The notes under the pieces were generated by a model. The model worked only from the letters and a program-made list of their open reading frames with translations, made no database searches and was not told the DNA's origin. DNA of 39,735 nt from a virus, in UHGV virus genome UHGV-1362164. One strand, written 5' to 3'. Below, in pieces: positions 17,081-25,051 of the stretch. The translations under genes were made by a program, and so were the position numbers. Within the stretch, counting starts at the first letter, position 1. Every line of letters starts with the position of its first letter.

Positions 17081-17580
17081 AAAAAAAGACTGCCACGGTA
17101 TGAAACGGCAGTCAATGAACTATGGATAGCTGATTAGAATAGCTCAAAGATATTTTACCATAAAAATAGACCACTGGGATTAGTCAGTGGTCAGCAAGCT
17201 AGAGAAAGTGACTCTTGTAGTATTAGGAAGATTCGTCTAGCTCTCTTCTATGATACAACAAATGATCAAACAAAAACAGACCGCTGGGGATTGGTCAGCG
17301 GTCGTGAGCTGATTGAAATATGCTTTTAACCCGATTGAAAAAAGGAGGGGCCAGCTCACGTATATTGTACAACAAAAAAAGACAGCCGACCACTGGCTGC
17401 CTAGTGAAAGATTCTCTGTCTAGTTTCCGCTAGACATAAGCATTTTACCATAAAAAGGCCGCTGCATATAAGGAAACAGCGGCTTTGAGCTGGAATTGAA
17501 GTGTGATTGTAAGTTTGTGGGTGTCCAGCTCACCATGTATTATACAACAAAAAAGCACCAAGCGTTCGCTCAATGCTAAA
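17081..17580. repeat. Array of 5-6 degenerate ~100-115-bp tandem units, each an A-tract, a GC stem-loop, a second longer stem-loop and a TACAACAAAAAA/TTACCATAAAAA linker
   Basis: Stem-loops: GACTGCC..GGCAGTC (17088-17112), GACCACTG..CAGTGGTC (17169-17192), GACCGCTG..CAGCGGTC (17279-17303), CAGCC..GGCTG (17385-17400), GCCGCTG..CAGCGGC (17458-17479). Second hairpins: AGCTAG..CTAGCT, GTGAGCTG..CCAGCTCAC, TGTCTAG..CTAGACA, GAGCTGG..CCAGCTCAC. No ORF of 60 aa or more lies in 16900-17445. Confidence 0.6.
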
Positions 17581-17625
17581 AGGATTAACTGGTCATTAAT
17601 CATTATAGCATAAGGAGCGATCGCC

Positions 17626-18042
17626 TTGGAACTGTTTAAAGATATAGATGTTAAAGAAACAAAGCTTAGAGCTAAACGAGTGTTATCAACATACCGTCGT
17701 TTGAGAAGGATCGCAGGACAAGATGAAATAAATTTGCGATCGCCCATTATTACCGATATGCCGAGAACACCGAGTTCGTATACAAATAAGTCAGAAGATG
17801 CTACGTGCATCAGAGTGGATGCTGAAAATGAATTAAAAGCAATAAACGCAGCATTGAATAGAGTATCTCGAATTAGTAGAGAGGTAATATCGATGACCTT
17901 TTGCGAAAACGAAAAACTGACGGCTTTTGCTATCGGTTTGGAGATTGGATACTCAGAACGAAGTATTAAAGATTTGAAGGCACAGGCTCTTTTAGAGTTC
18001 GCAGATGTGTATAGAGATGGAAAATTAATTGTGAAGAAATAA
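17626..18042 (+). CDS. arpU: ArpU-family phage late-gene transcriptional activator
   Basis: 138 aa. The N-terminal FKDIDVKETKLRAKRVLSTYRRLRRI and the C-terminal sigma-region-4-like segment match the ArpU family pattern. RBS TAAGGAG. Confidence 0.8.
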   Translation: MELFKDIDVKETKLRAKRVLSTYRRLRRIAGQDEINLRSPIITDMPRTPSSYTNKSEDATCIRVDAENELKAINAALNRVSRISREVISMTFCENEKLTAFAIGLEIGYSERSIKDLKAQALLEFADVYRDGKLIVKK

Positions 18043-18385
18043 ATTGCCCTTTTTCTGCCCTTTTTGTTCGGAAAAAGGTGCTATGATAGTAGTATCAATT
18101 AGTATGTAGATGGCACACAAAATCAAAAGAAAGAAGTGAATAGCTCCTCTTCCTTTAAAGTTTACGTGCCGTCTATTTATTATTTATTATTGAATATTAT
18201 ATTGAGGATGGTATACAGATGAAGACTTATGAAGAGAAGCTTCAAGAGTTATTAGACAACAAAGAAGCTACACCTATTGAGTGGAGTCAAAGCAACGAAG
18301 AGAAGAAAAATGGTTACACGGAAACGGAAGTTACCTTCAAATACAAAATAAAAACCCCCGTAAAGAAATAGCGGGAGTTCAAACA

Positions 18386-18664
18386 TTAGAATCTCGGCAA
18401 GTTTAACAGATTATCCTTTGTTGTATGATTTGCCCTTGTTCTAATATAGGGCTCCCCGTATGTTGGATGAACTGATTCCACCTGAGCTTTTGAGTAAGCA
18501 GTAGTAGTGTAGTAGTATTCCATATTCATATCTAAGTAACGGACTACTTGTTCTACTGTTTCTATAGTTCCTCCTTCTAATTTTACATGAGTAATTTTGT
18601 CTGTAGAAGTCACGTAATTCTCAGAAGTTCTAATGTGAGTAATTCTGTATGCCATTTTTATCAC
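18386..18664 (-). CDS. DUF3892-family small protein, opposite strand, own promoter and terminator (moron)
   Basis: Motifs YRITHIRTS...ITHVKLEGG...NLLNLPRF fit the DUF3892 pattern. RBS AGGAGGTGA. Minus-strand promoter TTGTCA-16-TATAAT (plus coordinates ~18682-18708). Minus-strand terminator ACTCCCG..CGGGGGT plus a T-run (plus coordinates ~18345-18375). Confidence 0.7.
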   Translation of the reverse strand: MIKMAYRITHIRTSENYVTSTDKITHVKLEGGTIETVEQVVRYLDMNMEYYYTTTAYSKAQVESVHPTYGEPYIRTRANHTTKDNLLNLPRF

Positions 18665-18946
18665 CTCCTAGTATTTATTATACAACGATCGTTATGTTTG
18701 ACAATATAATTATGTCACTGTGGCAGACTGGGGAAATGCAGAGGATATGCACAAGGTGTGTACGACTCGTTAGCAAGGTTAGGATCCTTGCCAGTGACTT
18801 AGGGAGGACTCTACTGCTACTGCATGGAGTATCTGACCCAAAAGAGATTGAGCAATAAGCATGAGGCAATCAGACCACTGAATTATCCCAGGGCTTTTGC
18901 TGGATAAACAATCTCAATAGCATGCTAGGAGGTAGCTCCTCCAAGT

Positions 18947-19022
18947 TGACGTGTAGCATCATTGGTGATGCGTCTGACTGTTAGAGTTGGAAATGAGGTC
19001 GGTTCGAATCTGGCCGCGTCAA
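18947..19022 (+). other. Degenerate tRNA-like element (not a confident tRNA)
   Basis: 7-bp acceptor TGACGTG/CGCGTCA with one G-U. Perfect D stem GCAT/ATGC. Canonical T loop TTCGAAT with a G-U-containing stem GTCGG/CTGGC. Weak anticodon stem CTGAC/GTTGG with loop TGTTAGA (the central triplet would be TTA, but position 33 is G). 7-nt variable region and 2-nt D/anticodon spacer. Confidence 0.25.
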
Positions 19023-19103
19023 TTAATGCAACCGAGGATAGAAGTGGTACGTGGAGGATCAGCACGATGACGGTGCTATGTAGGTTGCTTTATACATAAT
19101 CAA

Positions 19104-19126
19104 GATCGCTTCGGCGGTCTTTTTGT
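19104..19126 (+). terminator. Intrinsic terminator (UUCG-loop hairpin plus T-run) downstream of the tRNA-like element
   Basis: GATCGC-TTCG-GCGGTC followed by TTTTTG. Confidence 0.5.
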
Positions 19127-19192
19127 TATTAGACATAGTTTTGTCTATTTACTTGTAGTATTCTTTATCTAAAAGGGTAAGGAGACAATGAT

Positions 19193-19813
19193 ATGCTATT
19201 AACTTTTCAAAATGTAATTATGCTTCTAATTCTTGGAGCTACAGCAATCATGGGTTATTTTATGAAAGAGCTACCTAAGTTACTAAAAGAGCTAAGAGTT
19301 GAAGAATCAAGAAGTATTAATGAAAAGGATATACAACGAGAAGCTTTTTTTAGACAAATTAAAGGTTCTGAATTAGACGAGGCTTTTTCTTACTGGACAA
19401 GCATGATAGTTGATATGGATAATCAGATGGAAGGTATCACGAGCAAAGAAGGACAAAAAAAGCTTATGGAAATGCAACAAAGGGTATTAATGTATGGTTC
19501 GACTAAAACCGTATTAATTTTATCTTTGATGATGCAGCATGTTTACAAAGGCGATAAATTGGAGAATCGAATAAATGTTGACTTTGGTGTTAAGAACGAT
19601 GAAAAACAAACAATGCAGTCCTATAAGTTGATGTACTACATTGCGTTGCTAATTAGCTCATTGAAGGAAGATTTTACAGGATATAAAATAGGACCCAAAG
19701 ATATTCTAGAAATAAAAATAACTGATATAGATAGCGATAAAAATAAACCCTTGTTTGATAAAGCTAAAAAACAAGTCTTAGATGAAATTAAAAAAAGAGG
19801 GGTGACTATCTAA
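19193..19813 (+). CDS. Membrane-anchored hypothetical protein (N-terminal TM, 206 aa); candidate superinfection-exclusion/abortive-infection moron
   Basis: RBS AAGGAGA. TM at residues ~8-24 (IMLLILGATAIMGYF). Soluble K/E-rich remainder. Sits between arpU and terS, bounded by terminators. Confidence 0.55.
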   Translation: MLLTFQNVIMLLILGATAIMGYFMKELPKLLKELRVEESRSINEKDIQREAFFRQIKGSELDEAFSYWTSMIVDMDNQMEGITSKEGQKKLMEMQQRVLMYGSTKTVLILSLMMQHVYKGDKLENRINVDFGVKNDEKQTMQSYKLMYYIALLISSLKEDFTGYKIGPKDILEIKITDIDSDKNKPLFDKAKKQVLDEIKKRGVTI

Positions 19814-19826
19814 GATAGGAGTAAGT

Positions 19827-19985
19827 ATGTTAACTATAATTTCTGTATTATTTTTATGTATGAAAATATTAGGAATAGTTAATGTGTCATGGAACGTAGT
19901 TCTGTTATGTGAAATTATTTTTCTGTCTGTTTCTTATTTAGAGTTAAGATTGATTTATAAATGGATCGATAAAAGGTTTAAGTGA
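19827..19985 (+). CDS. Small two-TM membrane protein (52 aa), co-transcribed with 19193..19813
   Basis: RBS TAGGAG plus ATG 19827. Sequence MLTIISVLFLCMKILGIVNVSWNVVLLCEIIFLSVSYLELRLIYKWIDKRFK. Confidence 0.4.
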   Translation: MLTIISVLFLCMKILGIVNVSWNVVLLCEIIFLSVSYLELRLIYKWIDKRFK

Positions 19986-19987
19986 GA

Positions 19988-20018
19988 TCACTCATTCGAG
20001 TGGTCTTTTTATTTTGCG
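19988..20018 (+). terminator. Strong intrinsic terminator after the membrane-protein cassette
   Basis: 8-bp stem GATCACTC-ATTC-GAGTGGTC followed by TTTTTATTTT. Confidence 0.6.
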
Positions 20019-20020
20019 CA

Positions 20021-20298
20021 CAAAAATAGACCACTACCGGGTAATAGTGGTCAGGAAATAAATGAAAAAGATGTTAGGGTTGTTAGATGAGTATAACATC
20101 ATAGCGCTTACATAGCAATACAAAAAAAGAGCCACTGTTTCCGCAGCAGCCCTTTAGTGTAACAAGTAAACATAATATATCATCCTTAGTCATGTATTTC
20201 AACACACAAAAATAGACCGCTGTTTCCGCAGCAATCTATCTGTGAAACGTAAACAATTTATGCATAAAGCATGCAATAATAACGCTTACATTGAAACG
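20021..20298. repeat. Three degenerate ~88-98-bp tandem units related to the 17.1-17.6 kb array (each starts ACAAAAA(T)AGACC/AGAGCC plus stem-loop)
   Basis: Unit starts at 20021 (GACCACTA..TAGTGGTC), 20119 (GCCACTGTTTCCGCAGCAG) and 20206 (ACCGCTGTTTCCGCAGCAA). Shared downstream segments GTAAACA and A(A/G)CGCTTACAT. Confidence 0.5.
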
Positions 20299-20315
20299 CA
20301 GAAAGGGATAGAGTA

Positions 20316-20540
20316 ATGAGAACTTACTGGTATGTGTCATTAAACAATAAATATCCGCTGCCGATGAAAGGACAACGTAAACGTGTAGTGATGTCTGTTC
20401 AAATGAAGGCGAAGTATTCAATTGTCGAAATGACCAGAGAGGCAACGCCAGTAGAGATTGATTATTGCAAGCTAGTCTATTGTGGGAACGGATATTGGAA
20501 AGATGAGCATGTGCAGGCGAACATCAAAAAGCATTTATAA
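20316..20540 (+). CDS. Hypothetical small protein upstream of terS (74 aa)
   Basis: RBS AAAGGGATAGAG. No HNH motif seen (checked because HNH genes often sit here). Confidence 0.45.
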   Translation: MRTYWYVSLNNKYPLPMKGQRKRVVMSVQMKAKYSIVEMTREATPVEIDYCKLVYCGNGYWKDEHVQANIKKHL

Positions 20541-20557
20541 GAAAGTGATGGTGGAAA

Positions 20558-21043
20558 ATGAGTAAGTTAAGCATAAAACAACAAGCCTTTGCTGATGAGT
20601 ACATCATCACGGGTAATAAATATCAATCAGCAAGAAAAGCTGGGTATAGTGAGAATTATGCTAAAGGTAATGTTTCGAAATTGTTGGAAAATGAGAGAGT
20701 TAAGAAATATATTGAAGATCGACTAGAGGAAATCCAGAGTGAAAAGATCGCCTCTCAGAAAGAAGTGTTAGAACACTTAACTAGGGTTATGAGGCGAGAG
20801 GAACAAGAGCATCAAGTTGTTACTTTAAGGACAAAGCAAGAGAAGTGGCTCCCTGATGACCAAGGCACCATGAGAAAGCAAACGGTTGAAACCGAAGAAG
20901 CAGAAGTGGTACCTATGCCTACGAGAGTTAGCGATACGAATAAAGCAGCGGAGCTTTTAGGTAAACGCTATGCGATGTGGACTGATAAGCAAGATATTAC
21001 TGCGACTGAAGTAGTCACGATTGTAGATGATGTAGATGACTAA
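20558..21043 (+). CDS. terS: Terminase small subunit (P27/Terminase_2-like)
   Basis: N-terminal LSIKQQAFADEYIITGNKYQSARKAGYSENYA matches the small-terminase HTH pattern. Directly precedes and overlaps terL. Confidence 0.8.
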   Translation: MSKLSIKQQAFADEYIITGNKYQSARKAGYSENYAKGNVSKLLENERVKKYIEDRLEEIQSEKIASQKEVLEHLTRVMRREEQEHQVVTLRTKQEKWLPDDQGTMRKQTVETEEAEVVPMPTRVSDTNKAAELLGKRYAMWTDKQDITATEVVTIVDDVDD

Positions 21044-22367
21044 AATCTTTCTATCAGAGATCATTTTGGATCAGTTTAAAACGTTTTGGATTGCTTCAAA
21101 GAAAAAGAAACATCTTCGATATGTTCTGAAGGGCGGACGTGGGTCTGGAAAATCCTTTCATATTCCAATGAGAATTCTTCTGGATATTATGGAATACCCT
21201 GTGTCTGCGCTAGGTGTTCGAAAGGTTCAAAACACAATTTTAAAATCTGTTTATGCGAATTTTAAAGGTGCTGCAAACGTTTTGGGCGTGCGGCATCTTT
21301 TTCGTTTTGTGGATTCTAAACTAGAAATTACGTATAAGCCTAGGGGAAATAAAATTTATTTCGCCGGTGCCGATGATCCAGAAAAGATTAAATCAATTAA
21401 AGATGCTGACTTTCCCTTAGCTATTATGTGGGTTGAAGAATTAGCCGAGTTCAAAAATGAAGATGAAGTGACTACTATCGAGAACTCCGTACTTCGAGAA
21501 GAATTAGAAGGAAAAATAGAAAATCAATCAGGGCGCAAAGCAGCCTATCCTTTCGATTACAGCTTCTATTACTCTTATAACCCACCTAAACGAAGACAAT
21601 CATGGGTTAATAAAAAATACGAATCCAGTTTTATTGATGCTAACACATTTGTTTGCCACTCGGATTATCTAGGAAATCCACATTTGTCTAAGAAATTCAT
21701 TGAAGAAGCAGAAAATGTGAAACGAAACAAACCGTTGAAGTATCGCTGGGAATACTTAGGCGAGGCAATTGGATCGGGAGTAGTTCCGTTTGATAATCTT
21801 CAAATTGAAAAAGGAAGTATTACGGATGAGATGGTCGCGAACTTTGACAACATCAGAAATGGTCTCGATTTCGGATATGCTACTGATCCACTAGCGTTCG
21901 TTCGTTGGCATTATGACAAAAAGAAAAATGGGATTTACGCTATCGATGAAATTTATGGTCAAAAAATAAGCAATCGAGAATTCGCTGGAAAAGCCAAATC
22001 AAAAGGCTATCAAACAGACAGGATAAATGCAGATTCGGCTGAACCTAAGTCAATTGCAGAGTTAAGGAATGAACACTTTATGACAAATGTTTATGGAGTC
22101 AAAAAAGGTCCTGATTCTGTAGAGTACGGGGAACAATGGCTGGATGATTTAGATTTTATCTGCATAGACCCTTTACGAACGCCGAATATTGCAAAAGAAT
22201 TCGAGAATACCGATTATCAAACGGATAAGGACGGCAACCCAAAACCGAGATTGGAAGATAAAGATAATCATACGATTGATGCGACTCGATATGCTTTTGC
22301 TGATGATATGTATACGAAACAGGATATTAGACAAAAGATGGACGCAGCCAAGTTCTTCTTTGGCTAG
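21036..22367 (+). CDS. terL: Terminase large subunit (PBSX/Terminase_3-type ATPase-nuclease)
   Basis: Walker A GGRGSGKS. 443 aa. Position between terS and portal. Confidence 0.85.
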   Translation: MTKIFLSEIILDQFKTFWIASKKKKHLRYVLKGGRGSGKSFHIPMRILLDIMEYPVSALGVRKVQNTILKSVYANFKGAANVLGVRHLFRFVDSKLEITYKPRGNKIYFAGADDPEKIKSIKDADFPLAIMWVEELAEFKNEDEVTTIENSVLREELEGKIENQSGRKAAYPFDYSFYYSYNPPKRRQSWVNKKYESSFIDANTFVCHSDYLGNPHLSKKFIEEAENVKRNKPLKYRWEYLGEAIGSGVVPFDNLQIEKGSITDEMVANFDNIRNGLDFGYATDPLAFVRWHYDKKKNGIYAIDEIYGQKISNREFAGKAKSKGYQTDRINADSAEPKSIAELRNEHFMTNVYGVKKGPDSVEYGEQWLDDLDFICIDPLRTPNIAKEFENTDYQTDKDGNPKPRLEDKDNHTIDATRYAFADDMYTKQDIRQKMDAAKFFFG

Positions 22368-22382
22368 AAAGGAAGGTGTTCA

Positions 22383-23912
22383 GTGGATAAAGGAATTACT
22401 TTTTTAAGAGATCATCGGTATCACAAAAACGCGAATTCAGTGTTTAGAATGTCTCAAGAAGATTTCGATGGCATCGAGTTTGAAAGCGAAAAGTGGGTAT
22501 ATAAATTAGAAAAGTTTATTAATCGACACCGAACGGAGCAATTACCTCGTTTGCAAGAGTTAAAGCGTTACTATTTAGCAGATAACAATATTAAGTATCG
22601 CCCGGCAAAGACTGATGAATTTGCGGCAGATAATCGAATTGCTAGTGATTTTTCAAGATACATCACCATTTTCGAACAAGGTTATATGTTGGGGCAACCA
22701 GTACAGTATAAAAATGAGAACGACGAGTTGCAACAGCAAATTGACGAATTCAACAAGCGCAATAACGAAACCTATCATAATGTTTTAATAAAAACGGATT
22801 TGTCCATCTATGGGCGAGCGTATGAGCTTGCAACTGTTGGGTTGGACGAAAAGCAAGCATTTGTAAAAATAGTGAAATTGGACCCTGAGAAGACATTTGT
22901 TGTATATGACGATACAACAGACAATAATTCACTATTTGGTGTTTATTACTACTCAATTGATTATGGGAATGGAGAAAGGAAAGATTTCGTAAACGTCTAC
23001 ACCAGCGACATGGTTTATATCTATCTGAATGATAATCAGGAAGAACGCGGACTGCACTTAGACGACTACGATGATTATGCTTTTGACGGAGTGCCAATCA
23101 ACGAATACGCAAATAATGAAGATCGAACAGGAGCTTACGAGCCTGTTTTAGATGCCATAGACGCTTATGATCTATCACAATCAGAACTGGCAAACTTTCA
23201 ACAAGATAGTATGGATGCGATTTTAATGATTACTGGCAATCCTTACACAGGAACTGCGAAAAACGACCTAGACGAAGAAGGAAACATTGTTCCTAATTCG
23301 CGCTTGGCCGTTTCTTTGGCATTTAAACGAGCTCGAATCATGATTATGGATGATAATCCTAATCCTAATGGTTCGACACCAGATGCGAAGTATCTAGTTA
23401 AGGAATATGATGCAGCTGGATCGGAAACCTATAAGCAACGCTTAGTCGATGATATCTTACGTTTTACATTCACGCCAGATACGTTGGATACCAATTTTAG
23501 CGGGACGCAATCTGGTGAAGCAATGAAATATAAACTCATGGCTGCTGACAATAGGCGAGTGATGCAACAAAGATTATTTGAAAAGGGATTGATGAGGCGC
23601 CTACGCTTAGCAGTCAATATTTGGCGAGTTAAAGGGAATGAATCGACGGCGTATGAAGATATCAACGACACGAATATTATCTTTACCGCTAATGTTCCTA
23701 AATCTGATAACGAAATTGTTTCTTTAGCTAGCCAATTGTACGGAACAGTATCTGACGAAACTCTATTCGAGATTCTAAACACAGTAACTGGTATTGATCC
23801 AGAAGTGGAGTTAGATCGGATCAAAAAAGAGTCCGCCAAAGAATCAGATCCAAGGCGTCCGAGTGAAATCGATAAGAATGCTAAGGATAAAGAAAAACAG
23901 TTTGGAGAGTGA
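22383..23912 (+). CDS. Portal protein (SPP1 gp6-like)
   Basis: 509 aa. Segment LQELKRYYLADNNIKYR resembles the SPP1-type portal N-region. The true start may be an internal Met (MSQEDF...). Confidence 0.85.
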   Translation: MDKGITFLRDHRYHKNANSVFRMSQEDFDGIEFESEKWVYKLEKFINRHRTEQLPRLQELKRYYLADNNIKYRPAKTDEFAADNRIASDFSRYITIFEQGYMLGQPVQYKNENDELQQQIDEFNKRNNETYHNVLIKTDLSIYGRAYELATVGLDEKQAFVKIVKLDPEKTFVVYDDTTDNNSLFGVYYYSIDYGNGERKDFVNVYTSDMVYIYLNDNQEERGLHLDDYDDYAFDGVPINEYANNEDRTGAYEPVLDAIDAYDLSQSELANFQQDSMDAILMITGNPYTGTAKNDLDEEGNIVPNSRLAVSLAFKRARIMIMDDNPNPNGSTPDAKYLVKEYDAAGSETYKQRLVDDILRFTFTPDTLDTNFSGTQSGEAMKYKLMAADNRRVMQQRLFEKGLMRRLRLAVNIWRVKGNESTAYEDINDTNIIFTANVPKSDNEIVSLASQLYGTVSDETLFEILNTVTGIDPEVELDRIKKESAKESDPRRPSEIDKNAKDKEKQFGE

Positions 23913-23916
23913 TTGA

Positions 23917-24819
23917 ATGAGAAGCTCCCAAGCATACTGGAAAAAGCGCATGGACGAAATCTTTGTATATGTTGATCAAACAGATCTTGATTTCTTTGAT
24001 GAATTACAAACCATCTACACAGAAAGTCGCCAAAACATCCAGAAAGAGATTTATGCTTTTTATGCTCAATATGCTAAAGAGAATAAAATCACTTTACAGG
24101 AAGCGAAAAAACGGCTAATACGAGAAGATTTGTCTGATTATCGTGAGAATGCAAAGAAGTATTTTAAACAATTCGAAAAAGACCCTGAGTTGCTGAAGCG
24201 ATTAAACGAACAATATGCTGCTGGAAAGGTCACACGATTAGAAGCGTTGCAGTTTGACCTAGCTTATCAGTTAGGGAAAATGTCTGATAAATTGCATAAA
24301 TCATTTGAGTCTTATCTAAAAGAAGTAGGGAAATATGCTTATCGCAAAATCAATTTTGGTAATTCTGCCAGCACGTTAAATGGGCCAACTTTACAACAAT
24401 TAGTAGAAACTCCGTTTAACGGAAAGAATTATTCTCAGAGTATATGGGGCAACGTTGATGATTTGGCTAAAGATTTGAAAGATGTTTTGATCAAAGGATT
24501 CATTCGAGGGTCAGGACCTGCCGATATTGCTCGTGAATTACGAAAAAAGTACAACGTTGCTAGAAGCAGAGCTGAAGCAATCGTTCGAACGGATGGAACA
24601 AATATCATCAATAATAGCGCAGTCAAAAGGTATCAAGAAGCTGGATTAACTGAATACGAATATCTGGCTCATATCGACAATCGAACCACAGAGATATGCA
24701 AGGGACTGAATGGTGAAGTATTTAAGATTAAAGATTACCAACCAGGAACTAATGCGCCACCTATGCATGTAAATTGCAGAAGTACGATTGTGCCGACAGA
24801 TAACGAGTTAGGATTATAG
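23917..24819 (+). CDS. Minor head / head morphogenesis protein (SPP1 gp7, Phage_Mu_F family)
   Basis: C-terminal motif ...MHVNCRSTIVP typical of the gp7/Mu F family. Follows the portal. Confidence 0.8.
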   Translation: MRSSQAYWKKRMDEIFVYVDQTDLDFFDELQTIYTESRQNIQKEIYAFYAQYAKENKITLQEAKKRLIREDLSDYRENAKKYFKQFEKDPELLKRLNEQYAAGKVTRLEALQFDLAYQLGKMSDKLHKSFESYLKEVGKYAYRKINFGNSASTLNGPTLQQLVETPFNGKNYSQSIWGNVDDLAKDLKDVLIKGFIRGSGPADIARELRKKYNVARSRAEAIVRTDGTNIINNSAVKRYQEAGLTEYEYLAHIDNRTTEICKGLNGEVFKIKDYQPGTNAPPMHVNCRSTIVPTDNELGL

Positions 24820-25051
24820 AGGAGTGAATATTTTGATTGTTAAAGCTATTTGCGTATTGGTAGGGATGCCACTTTTGGCGCTATCGCTTTTTATCACAAT
24901 AGGAATAATTAAAGAAACGGTCAAATATCTAAGAAAGTGAATCAGCGTAGCTTTTGCTAGGCTTTTTTATTTTGTCCAAGCGTGATGACATTAAAAGCAT
25001 CGGAAGTGTAAGCATTGATCCACGTTAAAAGCTATGGAAGGAGTAACAACT

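Noticed and set aside
17445-17810. 121-aa minus-strand ORF overlapping the repeat array and the arpU start
   Set aside because: Overlaps arpU on the other strand and runs through the hairpin repeats. The translation is low-complexity (poly-L/S/I). No RBS.
18649-18869. Two overlapping ~65-aa ORFs (plus and minus) across the DUF3892 promoter region
   Set aside because: The region contains the divergent promoter and dyad symmetries. Neither ORF has an RBS, and both start inside or antisense to the DUF3892 gene.
18947-19022. Calling the tRNA-like element a functional suppressor tRNA (anticodon UUA)
   Set aside because: The anticodon stem is weak. Position 33 is G instead of U. The variable region and D/anticodon junction have non-canonical lengths. 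Reported only as tRNA-like.
17081-20298. Possibility that the repeat arrays are CRISPR arrays
   Set aside because: The units are 90-115 bp and degenerate rather than short identical repeats with unique spacers. There are no cas genes in the window.
20021-20300. Repeats upstream of terS as a cos site
   Set aside because: The packaging genes are P27-type TerS plus PBSX-type TerL, typical of headful (pac) packaging. No HNH endonuclease gene is adjacent. Hence not called cos, though terminase binding cannot be excluded.
22189-22407. 72-aa alternative-frame ORF across the terL/portal junction
   Set aside because: Lies in an alternative frame of the terL 3' end. No RBS. terL and portal account for the sequence.
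24833-24940. 35-aa hydrophobic ORF (TTG start) after the minor head gene
   Set aside because: Very short with a non-ATG start. Plausible small membrane peptide, but evidence is too thin to list as a feature. A terminator-like hairpin follows at ~24945-24975.
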